Positions 33,640 to 45,800 of a stretch of 64,000 nucleotides of DNA are shown here, in pieces (the stretch's first letter is position 1; each line of letters begins with the position of its first letter). Under the pieces are notes generated by a model that saw nothing but the letters and a program-made list of their open reading frames with translations, was not told where the DNA came from and ran no database searches. The translations under genes and the position numbers were made by a program. The stretch comes from Yuukianura sp. NJ FZ-2021. Lineage: Eukaryota. Location: the NCBI GenBank assembly GCA_046563655.1, contig CM102289.1, forward strand, positions 9,424,001 through 9,488,000. The letters are read 5' to 3'.

Positions 33640-34162
33640 CATGGACGGCCTCTTATGGACGGATATGTTCATGGACGGCCACTTATGGACGGAGGTTTTA
33701 TAATTTTTGAAATTCTAAACACAAGATTTTCTTAAGCTCAGAGAGTGTTTAAAAATCGTCGTAATAAAAAAAATTTATTCCAGAAAAAACCGTCCATCCG
33801 TTCATGTTTCCGTCCATCACCTTCTCAAGGACGGCCACGTATGGACGAGTATGTCCATGGACGGAAATTTTTGACTTAGAAATTCTAAACACAAGATTTT
33901 CTTACGCTCAGAGAATTTGTAAAAATCACCGTCCACAAACTTATGTCCTAAAAATCCGTCCATCCGTCCATGTTTCCGTCCATCAGCTGATTATAGACGG
34001 CTATTGTTTCACTGTGTCTCAGTGGTTCCAAAATCTTAAAAATCCTCAGTTTGGCTTGTTCTGCTGAAAATAAAGTACCATTAAGTGACCTCCCGTCTAT
34101 CCGTCCATGTTTTCCGTCCATCCGTCCAAGTTCTCCGTCCATCCGTCCATGTTTTCCGTCCA
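33640..34162. repeat. Composite repeat built from ATGGACGG/CCGTCCAT motifs in both orientations
   Basis: Many ATGGACGG and CCGTCCAT copies, two copies of GAAATTCTAAACACAAGATTTTCTTA.GCTCAGAGA, and a 21-bp tandem at the right end. Confidence 0.75.
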
Positions 34163-36836
34163 CCAGCGTCGTGGAATGGTGGTGATACTGTGGAAATGGG
34201 ACACGGTGGAAGTGACTACGGTGGACTCAGAAGTTTAAATGGCAGGAGAGACGACAGTGGAAAAATTAAACGAGCGCAGTGGGATTTGGTCATTTGCATA
34301 TGCCCATGCTCACTACATGGCACCAAAGAGAAAGACATTATTGACGGTAGCAATCTAATCAAAGGCACTTCTCTAAATTGTCTTTTTTACTTTCACTCTA
34401 CTAAGCTCGCCTGAAACTTCCTAATGGCTCAACTGATCTAAAAACTAAGGAAAAATTAAAAACTTCTATAAAAGGTTTAAAAATACCGTGGGTTTTAAAC
34501 CTGTCGAAAACCGAAAGGAAGAAAAAGCACAAAAAGAAAATGAGTGAAAAAAGTGAAACTCAAGAAAAAAAGGAAGTTGCAATTAATAGAAATTACGAAG
34601 ATCCAATCACGTGTAATGGAAAGAAAGAGAAGAAAGAGACGGAATTCCTTTGTTCTGCTTCTCTTTCGCAGAAATACTTTCTCTCTCTGCAGAAAGTGTG
34701 AAGAAAGAGCCAATAGTTACTCCCTCCGCTGTAATTCTGGATGATTGAAACGGAACAAAAGTTTTACTTTGGTCTTTATACACTTTTCTTCCAGTCAGAC
34801 TCCAACAGCAGTACGTTCCTTTGACAAATTCCACTAAAAATTAATGACTAGAGCACAACTAATTATTTCTTTTTTAAAAACATTTTTTTTAATCTTCAAA
34901 AAACTTTCTCTTTCCGTACAAGATAAAAGGAAAATGATTTAGCAAATTTGAAAAAGAATTTTGTCGTTTGAACTGCAACTTTGAACTGTCAAGGTCTTGT
35001 TGACCTATTTTGGTAAATTTTTGACAATTTTTTTTAAAACTTTTTTTTTTGTAGATTTTAAGTGTGTAGCTGGAAGCATGCAATTGGATTTTTATGAAAT
35101 TTTTTTTCTAACGGTTCACAAATTTCTTCAAAAAATGAATCCATTTGAAAACGGTTTAATTTTGGCCAAAAAGCATTTTAATTTTGAATTCGCTTTTGTA
35201 ACAAATAGAAATCACAAAATTTACTTTTCATTTTTGAAACTTATGTACAAGAAAATTTTTTAAAACGGAGTCGAATTCTTTTTAAACAACTAAAATTACT
35301 ACAAGTTAAAAGTTTACATTTGAGACAACACTAAAGTTGAACTTTTACATTTTTTTAACATTTTGAAACAAAACGATAGGCTACATCTACAAGTTAAAAC
35401 ATTTTGAAAAATTAACACAATCCGTATTTCTACTCTAATTTATAGTTTTCATAACTTTATATTTTTTTTCACTTAACAATAATTTAAAACACTTATTCTA
35501 AAAAACTTCTCAGGATCACGCCAACACTCTTACCTAAATTCCAACTTTTTAAATTAAGCCGCCAACTGCCACGACGCACCCGTACGGAACCAAACGCTTC
35601 ATTTTATAATTAATATCTTAACTAATTTAGTTAACACCCAAAGTTTAATTTCCATTTTACATTTATAATTTATTAATATATTTAAATACATTTAATAGAA
35701 TAACTAATTCATTTGTAGTATTATGGAACTTTGCTGGAGGTTCTGTGGAGCACCCACCGTGCACCAACTGCCTTCCGACCTTGACCTACATTAGATTTTT
35801 AATTTAGTACAAAAAAAAATTTGGGAGACAAATAATTTTTTTTACGTAAAAGTTCAAATCCGTTCGTAAGTTTTTAAAAGATGTTTTCAGTTTGAAATAT
35901 CTTATCAGTTCAATTTGAAATATGTTCTCAGGTTTCAATTTCTTTTGTTCAAAGTAAAAGATTTTTTCAGTTTCGGTTTTTTTTTGTCCTGATTAAAAGA
36001 TTTTTCAGTTGAAATTTGAAAATTATTTTAGCACCAGCACTCCACTGCTAAACTAATGTTAGGTTAAATTTGGTAGGCTATGCGATTTTTTGGATGAACA
36101 AAAAAGTTGTTGTTTAGAAAATGTTGTTTCCTAAAACACACTTCAGGATAATAATGTCGACTGTCAGAAAAATATGTTTTTAGAAGAAAATGACTTTTGT
36201 GTAGAGCGTCTTCTTTTCTCTTTTGAAAATGCGTTTTACTTTCTCCACTTTAGTCCGTACTTGTCCAATTTTCTTAAGGAAGAGAAAGCTTGTAGAGTTG
36301 GATATGACGCTGACATTCCATTGTCCAGAAAACCCGGGTTTTTCTCTTTTCAAAACAAAAACAGAACAAAGGAATTCCTTAGAAAGTAGAACTTCGGGGT
36401 GAGTCTTGTTTTTGATTCTGAGTTTTCTTGACTTTTTTGAATTCTGCAAACCAGCACAAACACTTTCACTTTTTTAGGTTTTCACTCCAAATGTACTTTT
36501 TTCATCTCAATTTCACAAAGAGTTGAAGATGCTTTCACTTTTCTTGCAATTTCGGAAGGAATATTTTGTAGAGTTTTTGGAGTAGCAAATTAAATAACTT
36601 TGTTCTATTTCTGAAATCTTAACTTTTTAGAAAAACTGAACAAAAACACTTTTTAGTTTTTCGAAAAGGAATTCTTTTGAAACTTTTTGAGTTGGTAGAA
36701 GTTGATAATGTTGGTTTTGTAGGAATTTCAAAGGGTTTAGCACACGGAGAGAATGTTTCCTTTTTTTGAAATTTCGATAAAATTTTGAACCATTTTCAAA
36801 AAGTATTTCCGTTTTGAAATTGGGTATTAAAAACTT

Positions 36837-39800
36837 TTATGACATGAAACAGACGAGGACAATCGACGACAGTAAACAGAAACTTAGAGGAATTTGTTGA
36901 GGCATTTGTCCGCCTGTTTGCATTGCTGCTGGTTGTTCTCCTGAAAAAAAAATCATCAAAAACAAAGTTTTGAAAAAAAAAACTTCTTCAGCTCTTTTCC
37001 ATCAAAATTTCAGTTTTTCAGCTGTTTTCACATTTTGTGTACATTTTGTCCTTGTTACTGTTTCTATCGCTGTAATTTGTAAGTGAAATAAGTTTTGTGT
37101 CCCTTGAGGGCCTTACCAATTAGGACATGGACGTTGATTGAATGAGATGCGGCGTTGCTAGGGTTACAGGAGTAGCGACCTGCACAAATACATCAAAGGG
37201 ATTAAGTCTCCTGAATTAAGGACACGGAGCAAGGGCCCCCTGGGGCTAAGGGTCCACGAGTCACCAGGTTATTAATGAGAACGGGATCAACTTTCGAAAG
37301 TTCCTCCACTTCTTTCCAGAAAACTACGCAGAGGTCAAGTACATCTTAAGAGAGGGGCCTTAAGGGCCTCTCGAAGGACCACAAGTTCAAAAGAAGTGGA
37401 TTCCCTCAGGCACTAACTTAATTTGAGACCAGAAATAAGAGTTAACTACTTGTGGTGACACTTTTAACCCGCCACGGGTCAACTAACTTATAACTTACTA
37501 AGGTTTAAGTGACCTCGTGACCTTAACTTATTTTAAAAAATTTTGTGACTTTACCGGAGTCTGTGGGTTTTGCTTGTTGAATGAGTAAGTAAGAAGTCGT
37601 TGTTTCGCCTTTCTCCGTAAGCACGCTCACTCCACCTCTCGGACTGTTGTAACTTATTATCTGTATAAAATAATTAAATATATTATAATAAATAATTATA
37701 TATAATATATTTAAAAGCGGAAGTGCCAGGTCAAGTGAACAAGGTCATCACTAGGTTTCCTCATTATTAAAACTCAAGTTCACATGGACAGAGAGAAAAG
37801 TGCTTTCTCTCATTACACTTTCCAAGCTCCCAAATCTTCTAAAAAGTACAGTGCAATTCAAAACTTTTGGTCACTTCTTATTCATTTCTCAAAATTGAGT
37901 CACTTTAATTCAAACTTTTTCAAACTTTAGAGTTGTGCTGCCCTCTGATTGTTGCCTTTTCGCATGACACCTAGAGTGAAAGTAGTAAAAGGCAAAACGG
38001 TTGAGCGACATTGTACTTTTTTGGTGATTAAGAGCTCAGTAGGAACGTGAAGGGTGGAAAGGCAAACTTTTGGGCTAATTCAAGTTGTTGAAGGGCCCTT
38101 GGCTCCTAGCCGATGAGTCCAATTGCCACTTTTATGGATGGAACACAAGGATTTATACTCTCCAACTACAATTTCCATTGCAACTTCACTACTTTTCAAA
38201 AAAAAAAACCTAATCAAGTCCTTGACAGGGCTCTGAGCTATTGAAAACAAATGTATAGAGGGCTCTAACCAATAGAAAACGAGTTTACAGATCCCCAGCC
38301 AATAGAAAACGAGTTTACAGATCCTCGACCAATAGAAAAACAAATGTTAACTAGCCTAACATTAATGGTTGAATAACTACAACTCTTTAAAGTGTCATTT
38401 GGAACGACGCTCGAGAGAGAAATTTCTACAAGTAGCCACTTGAACCATTGTCGCTAATTAATGAGCGGCAATTGACATTTTGACCTCATTTTTTGAAATT
38501 TTCAACTTTTTTAAAAAAAATTTTGGAGAGGCCATCATATGCTTTGTATAAAAACAAAAACATTCTCTGGAGTTTATAAAAACAAAACTAAAAAGTTTCC
38601 ATTTTTTGTTCCTCCAGTTTCCTAAAGTTTAAAAAAAGTTTCTTTTGAAGTAGTTTTGAAAAACGAGGGCAGTTTTTGTTAGTCGTAGAGGAACTTTTGA
38701 AATGTGTTGTAATCTTATGCCATTTTCTTTTAGTACAAACAAGGAGGATTAAAATCTCAAAAGTTCCAGAATCTCAGAACTTTGGTGGAGGAATCTCAGT
38801 TTCCTAGCTCACTCTCCCATGTAATCATGGACTTTCTCTTCTTCAATGGCCAACTAGGATTCCTTGAAAGAGGAAACTAAGACTGTCCAACACACTTTGG
38901 GCATGGAAGATCTTTCTGGAAGAGTGAACTAGTAAGACAGTAGCTTCCATTGACGAGACTTGATTCTGTTAAGGAAGGAATTAATTACCCAAAATACTTT
39001 CTCTCCTGGGAAATCTTCAGCAGACTTAAGCACAACATGCTTCTAAAACAAGGATTTTTTAGGAAAAGAAATTTTTAGCAACAGGAATTTTTAGAAACAG
39101 CATTTTTCAGGAACTGGAATTTTCAGGGACAGGAATTTTTAACAACAGAAGGAATCAAGGTTCCTTCACAACGAGAAGTTATTTTTGTAACAGGTTAGGT
39201 ACTACCTCGCTTGCTGACAAAAAACAACAAAAGAAAAGTAGTACCAATCCAAGAAAATTGATACCAATTCGTATTCAATTTAAAAAAAAATAGCTGTATT
39301 GACTACGATGCTCCAATATAATTTTGTTTTTTGCAAAATATAAAAAAAAAAAAATGAAGTATTCGCCAACCTGTTAGAAAAAATCAAAAGTTAATAAACC
39401 TTGGATGAGGCTGTGTCAGCTTTTTTTTTATTAAACGAGTGAAACTATTGTCTAGATTTTGTATATCATTTTTATTGAAAAGGTAATTGGAGTTTTATAT
39501 TTTGTGCTTATTCAAGTGAGATTAAGCGAATGAGATGAGCTACAGTTAATTAGTGTTCATTGAGCCCTGAATCTTTACAATTTCAAAATTTTACTAGAAT
39601 TTGTGAAATGGAAGGTTTTTTTTTATAAATTCTTTTGGAAAAAAATTTTTGACAAGAAAAAGTAGAATGAAGGCTTTTTGAGAAAGAAATTTGAAACTTT
39701 GGAAAGAAAAAAAGTAAATATCGGATTACTTTTTTGTTCAGCAGGGATTTTGCCAAGGTGCACTTGCGAAACTTCTTTTTAAATCTCAAGATTGATTGCT

Positions 39801-42800
39801 CCAAAAACTTTTTGTTTAAAATTTTTTATTTTTTCAAAACCTTATCCTCGAGTATAGCTTTTTATGAGGAAATAAAGTGAAACGTAGAAATGATGACATT
39901 TTGTATTGAAATAGAGCTGTTTTTCTGCTTTTCTAAAACCGCTGTTTAGCAAAGTTTTTCAGTTAAGGTGAAAAGTTTAGAAAATTCTCTTCTTTTGTGG
40001 TTTTGAATACAAAGTTTTATCATTTCTTTAAAAGCAACTTCAAAAAGTTTTTTACGCAAAAATCTTCGCAATTCCCGTGATCTAAAAACTGTTAAAAAAA
40101 GACAAAAGAAAAAAAGAGGAAAAAAGCTGAAAAGTGAAACAAGTCCAGGAAAAAACGTGAAAATTTAGTAAGGATTTTCATTTTTGTTTCGACGATACTA
40201 CAAGTTTTTGTTGGCGGATTTGAGTAAAAAGTGTTTCTATTTCTAAAATTTTGATAAATTGAAGAAATACTTTTTTGAAACAGAAAAAGTGAACTGGCAA
40301 AATTGTGCCAAAGTCTATGACTTGTGAAAAGCAAAGTGAAGAAATAATTCATAGTCGTCTGCCAGTGCGCAGTCGTGGTTCGTTAATAAAAATCGGACAA
40401 TTACACTTTATGATTCCCGCCATTTCCCTGTCACTTTTAAATTAACTTCTTGTGAGTTGTGACTTTCTCTTTTCCTACACATTTTGTGGTTCCAACTTTC
40501 ACTTAGGTTATGTAAGTTATGTTAGTGAAAACGAAAATCATTGGGACTCTTTTGCCATAAAGTTGATCATGGGAAATAGATTTTTGGTTCAGAAAATGTT
40601 CTTTTTTGTAAAAAGAGAAAGTTGGTGGAATGAGCCAAGGGCCATTAAGGGCTCTTGGCAGCGGGAGGAGAAAGTTCAAAAGGAAAATGCCCATTTCTAG
40701 TCAATGTCAACAACTGAACCAACCTCCTGCCTGTCACTGCGCTCCCTGATTTTTGTAGCCTCATTTCCATTCAATATGCTACGGAGAATCCAAACCAATT
40801 CATTTTCAGTTTCAGTTTCCAAAGAGAAGAGCAGCTCGACGTGTCCTCCAACTTTCAAACACTTTCACTTTCTCTCTCCTTTCTTCACATTTACTTCTAA
40901 TTCACTTCTACTCACATTCATTCCGAAAAAAAGCGAGAAGGCGGAACAGTGGAGGGAGTAACTACGAAAAAAAACTTAAAAAAAACTGGAGGAAGAGAGA
41001 CTGAGAAAAATCCAAAGGCAGAGGGAGTAACTACTTTAAAAAAGGCAAAGGCAGAGGGAGTAACTGTAGAAGAGTGACAGAAAACGGAGGGAGTAACTAT
41101 AGAAAAAATAGACGACGAAGGGAGTAACTATGGAGAAAACCAGACAGAAATTTTTTTGGTTTTTCCGATTTCGAGTGTGTCTGAGGCAACCTTCTCTTCA
41201 TTTTGTAGTTAGTGATGTTTGAGAACAAGACTTTCAGGAAAAAAAATTCAAGGCTTTTCTCCTTCTTTTTTTTTGAAGAATAAAAAAACGTGGAGATTTT
41301 GACTTGCAACTTCCATTTGTAGCCATTAAGCTTCAATTTTCTTACAAGGATTTAGTTTCTCGATTTGTTCAAATCCTCAACAAGAGGATGGTCCAAGATC
41401 ATCAAATCTTGTTTCCAACTCACCACTTCCTCAAACCACTTTCACTTTTTTTAAAGCCGGAATTTTTAGTGAAAGTCAAAAGGTCAAATGCACAAAAAAT
41501 GAAAACTGTTTAAACTATTTAAAAAAAATGCAATTCCGTTCATAGAATTTGTGTGCCGAAAAGAAAGTGATAAAAAATTTAAAGTACTTGATTTTTCCCG
41601 CTCTTTTTATTTTTTTCAAAAATTTTTGTTCTCAGACATTTAGCATTTGTTTAGCCTGTCAAGTTAAATTAGATGGCTCATCAACTTCTCAATAAAAACG
41701 TTATTTTGGCGAGCTCACATAACCTTCCTTCCTGTGGTCCCAACAGAAAACAGGAAACCCGGGAGTTTTTGAAATCCATGTGAAATATTCAGAGAAGCAA
41801 AGGTGAAGAAGCATTTAGAGCCAAACTAAATTGGAGTTTAGAGTTTTTGGCTTTTGTTGTTGGAATTTGAAAGGGAGGATTTATCTGTTCCCTCCCTTCG
41901 ACTCCAAGCAATTAATTTCCAACAGCCAAGAGAAAAGCGAAGAAAACCACTTTGGATTTGGCACCGAATTTCCCTCTTTTCCGTTTCTGACTTTGGCTGC
42001 TCTCCCGTCCGCACTCTCCGTAACTCCATTGATCTCAAAACCAAAGACTAAACTTTGCTGATCTTTATTTGTGGCTTTCAGTCCCATACAACTGTAATTA
42101 ATAGGAAAATAAATCCAACTATTGGCTCTCCAAGCACAACCGCCAATTTATAAATTTAAAATACCCGCCAACTTTTTTTTTTATTTTGCAGACGATCCCA
42201 TTTGAAATTGAAATGTAATCCCAACTTTTTTCATGGAACCTCGCTTTCTCTTTCTTTGAGCCGAGAAATTACCCAAATTGCACAACTTTTGTAATCCATT
42301 TTCAAAAATAACCGGTTTTCATTTTTTTTTCAAACACTGGATTACAAAAGTGTTTAGGAAAAGGAAAATTTATGACACACTTTGTTCAATTTTCCACTCA
42401 GCGGCGTGTTTTTTGTTTGCTGAGTTCAAAATTTTTGAAATGTGGTTAAAATCCATCAAAATGTCGACTGACTCTGTGTTTAAACATTTTTCTTCGCGCT
42501 TTTGGCGCAAGCGCAAAAAAAGTAGAGGTCGAGGTGCTTCTGATTGCCTACTTATCTCCAGACACATTCATGTTCCTTCTGTGCACACAGAATGAGGCCC
42601 CTTTATGAAAGGGGGGCCCTTAGAGGGGAGAAGGGGGGTACTTGGAGGAATGGCTAGGAGCACCACTTTATTAGATCACAACTGAAATTTATGAAATTTC
42701 ACCTTTGACAAAAAGGCTTTTCTTGCTCCTAAGAAGAAGCCCCATTTCCTGTTTGGACCAAAAGAGAAAGCAGGAAAAATTTTAAAGTTGTGCGCCATTC

Positions 42801-45800
42801 CATTTTGAAAAAAAGTACTTTCGTTACAGCAATGCGGTCTAAGACTTTCACTTTACTTGAGAATTATAGGCTTCTCTCTCTCCGTTTTCAAAAGTTCGGG
42901 CTGTGGAGGCGCAAGAGAATCTTTAGCAATCTAGTAAATCATGGAACAGCAAGGCTAAAAATTCGTTTCATTTTAAGTCAATGGGAGGATTAAGGCAAAA
43001 GAGAAACTCTTTTTCCGTACTTTAATATATTTTAGGTTCAAAAAAATGTTTTGCTACGTTTGGCAAAAAAAAGGCAATTTTAAATTGAGACGCGCTATCT
43101 CGTGCTGCTTTGCTGTTTTAATAATCTCCTACTCAAATCTTGTGCATGTTGCCCAAAAACTCCCCTCATAATTTATATTCCGATGCTTGATCTCTTCTAG
43201 TGTGTGACTCTAGATTGTTCCTGGAGGCCAATAAATTACCATGGGAGACCATTTCCCATGCAAATCAATACAGTTTCCTCTTCCACGTTAGGCGCCTAAC
43301 ATAATACACGGTTAGGTTAGGCGCCTAACCTAACTTCTGTGCCAAATAAGATAAGCGTTGCGTCTAATCCTTGTTTCAGATTCTAAAACACTCAATTTTG
43401 AGACTAAAAGTCTAAAAAAAAAAGAGTGACGATGCGTAGATTTTAATTTAAAAAGCAATGATAGACTGCGGTTACGGTGGAGAAAGCTTTATTAAAAACT
43501 GTTGTGGACAAAAGTTTAAAAAGTGCCGCCATAACTTTACAAAGCTTTCTCCACCTCATCATCACTTTTCTAAAAAGTCGGGAGAAGATGAGAAAGTTTT
43601 AGAAGTTTTGGAATAATTAAAAAGCATGGTTATTTGTGGAGGAGGACAGAGGATGATTCTGGAGTAGAGAGAATTGTCATGACTAATTAATGAATAGGAG
43701 TCTCCTGGAGAGATTTTAGGCGTCCTGGAACTTATAGTCTCCTCTGGAAATATTTTATTTGTCTTTTTCCAGTGTAATGGTTCGCCCAGGGACTCAAATT
43801 TAAAGTTGGCGCTTAAAAGGGAAGCAATTGGGAACTTCAGCGGCAGTCTTGCAGTTTAATTCATTACATTTCCCGCCAGGAGTCCAATATTTAATCATTT
43901 TCTTCACTCAACTCCTAATTTTCATAATTATTAATCTTTCTCCCTACACAACTTACACATGATTCAATGTGTGTGGATCACACAGGTGAAAACCAGGATG
44001 AAAAGGAAATTGTTTTAACGCAGGTGAAAAGTAGGTTGAAACACAATGGGTTTTAACGCAGGTGAAAATTAAGGTGAAAATTAGTTTTTCTTAAGATAGT
44101 TGAAAACTAGGGTGAAAGGAAACAGTTGAAGTTGAAAGTTGGAAATCTTTGCTATGGGCGACACTGATTACATTTCACAGTGGTTGTTTTTTTTATTATT
44201 TGGTTCTCATGGAATCAAATAAATTTTGTAAACAAACTAACTTATCAGTGTCATTTTGACCCAAAAATTGAGGTACCGATTGATTTTTTGCCTCAAAATG
44301 CCTCACCCTCTAATGACAAACCCAATGGTGATTCGCGTTCTGGAAGCCTTGGTCTTCGATATTTTGAGGTGGAACTCGGTAGATTTTGCTTAATTATTAG
44401 TCAAGGGTTATCCAAAGTATTCCTAAATTCTTGTTTATTTTCGTGGTTGCAATAATCATAATTTGCGAATTTGTGATTTCGCACTGACAACTTGATGTTA
44501 TACCTTCAAATTTAGTGTACTACTTTCGAAAAAAAATCTGAACCCAAACTATTCATTGTATTTTCTGTGTGTCTGGTCGGTCGTCAATCAAGTCCAAGTC
44601 GTTTTTCGAGTCAGATTCAACGGTGAGTCGAGATCTACACTATTTCCTTCTTTCAACCGTCTAAGTTGTCAATGGAAACGTTGTGAGTTAAGTTTGTTTC
44701 AAAACAGTACTGATCTTTTTTTTCAAAATCCGACCACTGTGCATTTGTTGGACACGTTGAACCTTAGGAATTTTAATTTCTATTGAGATTTTGTTTTCGA
44801 AAATTCCTATGGCAGGAGAGTGTGATAAACAAGTATTTTTTGTTAGTTTTTGATGTATTTACCGCATCGTTATGATTCCAAATGATATATAGAGGGACTT
44901 CTGGTGAGAATTTGACAGTACAGGTGAGATTGATTGTACTTCCACGATCAATGAAGAGATCCGGACCACCAACCACTTCCGTCACAGGCTCTGTTTGGAA
45001 CAAAAGAAAAGTCCATTTATTATTTAAACCACTTCCGAATTCAACTTTCACTTTTCAAACAATGACCAACCACTTCCTTACTTTCCCAACAAAAATCCAT
45101 TTATCACGCTCACAACTTCCTAACCTCCTAAATCCCCACACATTCATCTCTTCATCATCTTCCTCAAGAGTCAAATCAAGTCAAATTAAGACAAAAAAAG
45201 CTGTTTTTTTACATCAAAAATTCTGTAATAAAACTCCTACAACAAAACTCGAATTTAAAAATTATCGAAAATCAATACAACTCAAAACTCCAACTTTTCT
45301 TTTTTCTCGACATTGACCTCTGACACACAAAAAAGTAAGTCATGTGACTAAATTCAATTTTGGTTCAGTGACTCTTACATTTCAATTTTTTTGATTTTTC
45401 TTCATTATTAAAAATGACAATCATTTTTTCTATGCTCTGCATGAGGAGCTTTGGAATAGACACGCGAACCTGTCTACTTATCTCCACTTTCACCCGAAAG
45501 TGAAAGTTCCTTTTCTTCACTTTTGAAATTTCAGTTTCACGTTAGGTTAGCCTAACTGAAGGAATAAAGTGAGCGGAGGAAGCTCAAGTGGAAAAGAAAT
45601 TGAGGAGCTTATGTTAAGAAATTATGCACAAACTCACTTTCTTATTTTTCCATATCCACCAAATTCCAGTTTTCATCAGAGACCATTATTTCATCGTTTC
45701 CATAAATTTTTAGACAGGGCTATAATCTGCTATAGTACTTTAACTTACATTTTTAGACGGGACTATGAGCTAGCATGAACGCTTTCTCAATTTCAAAGAA

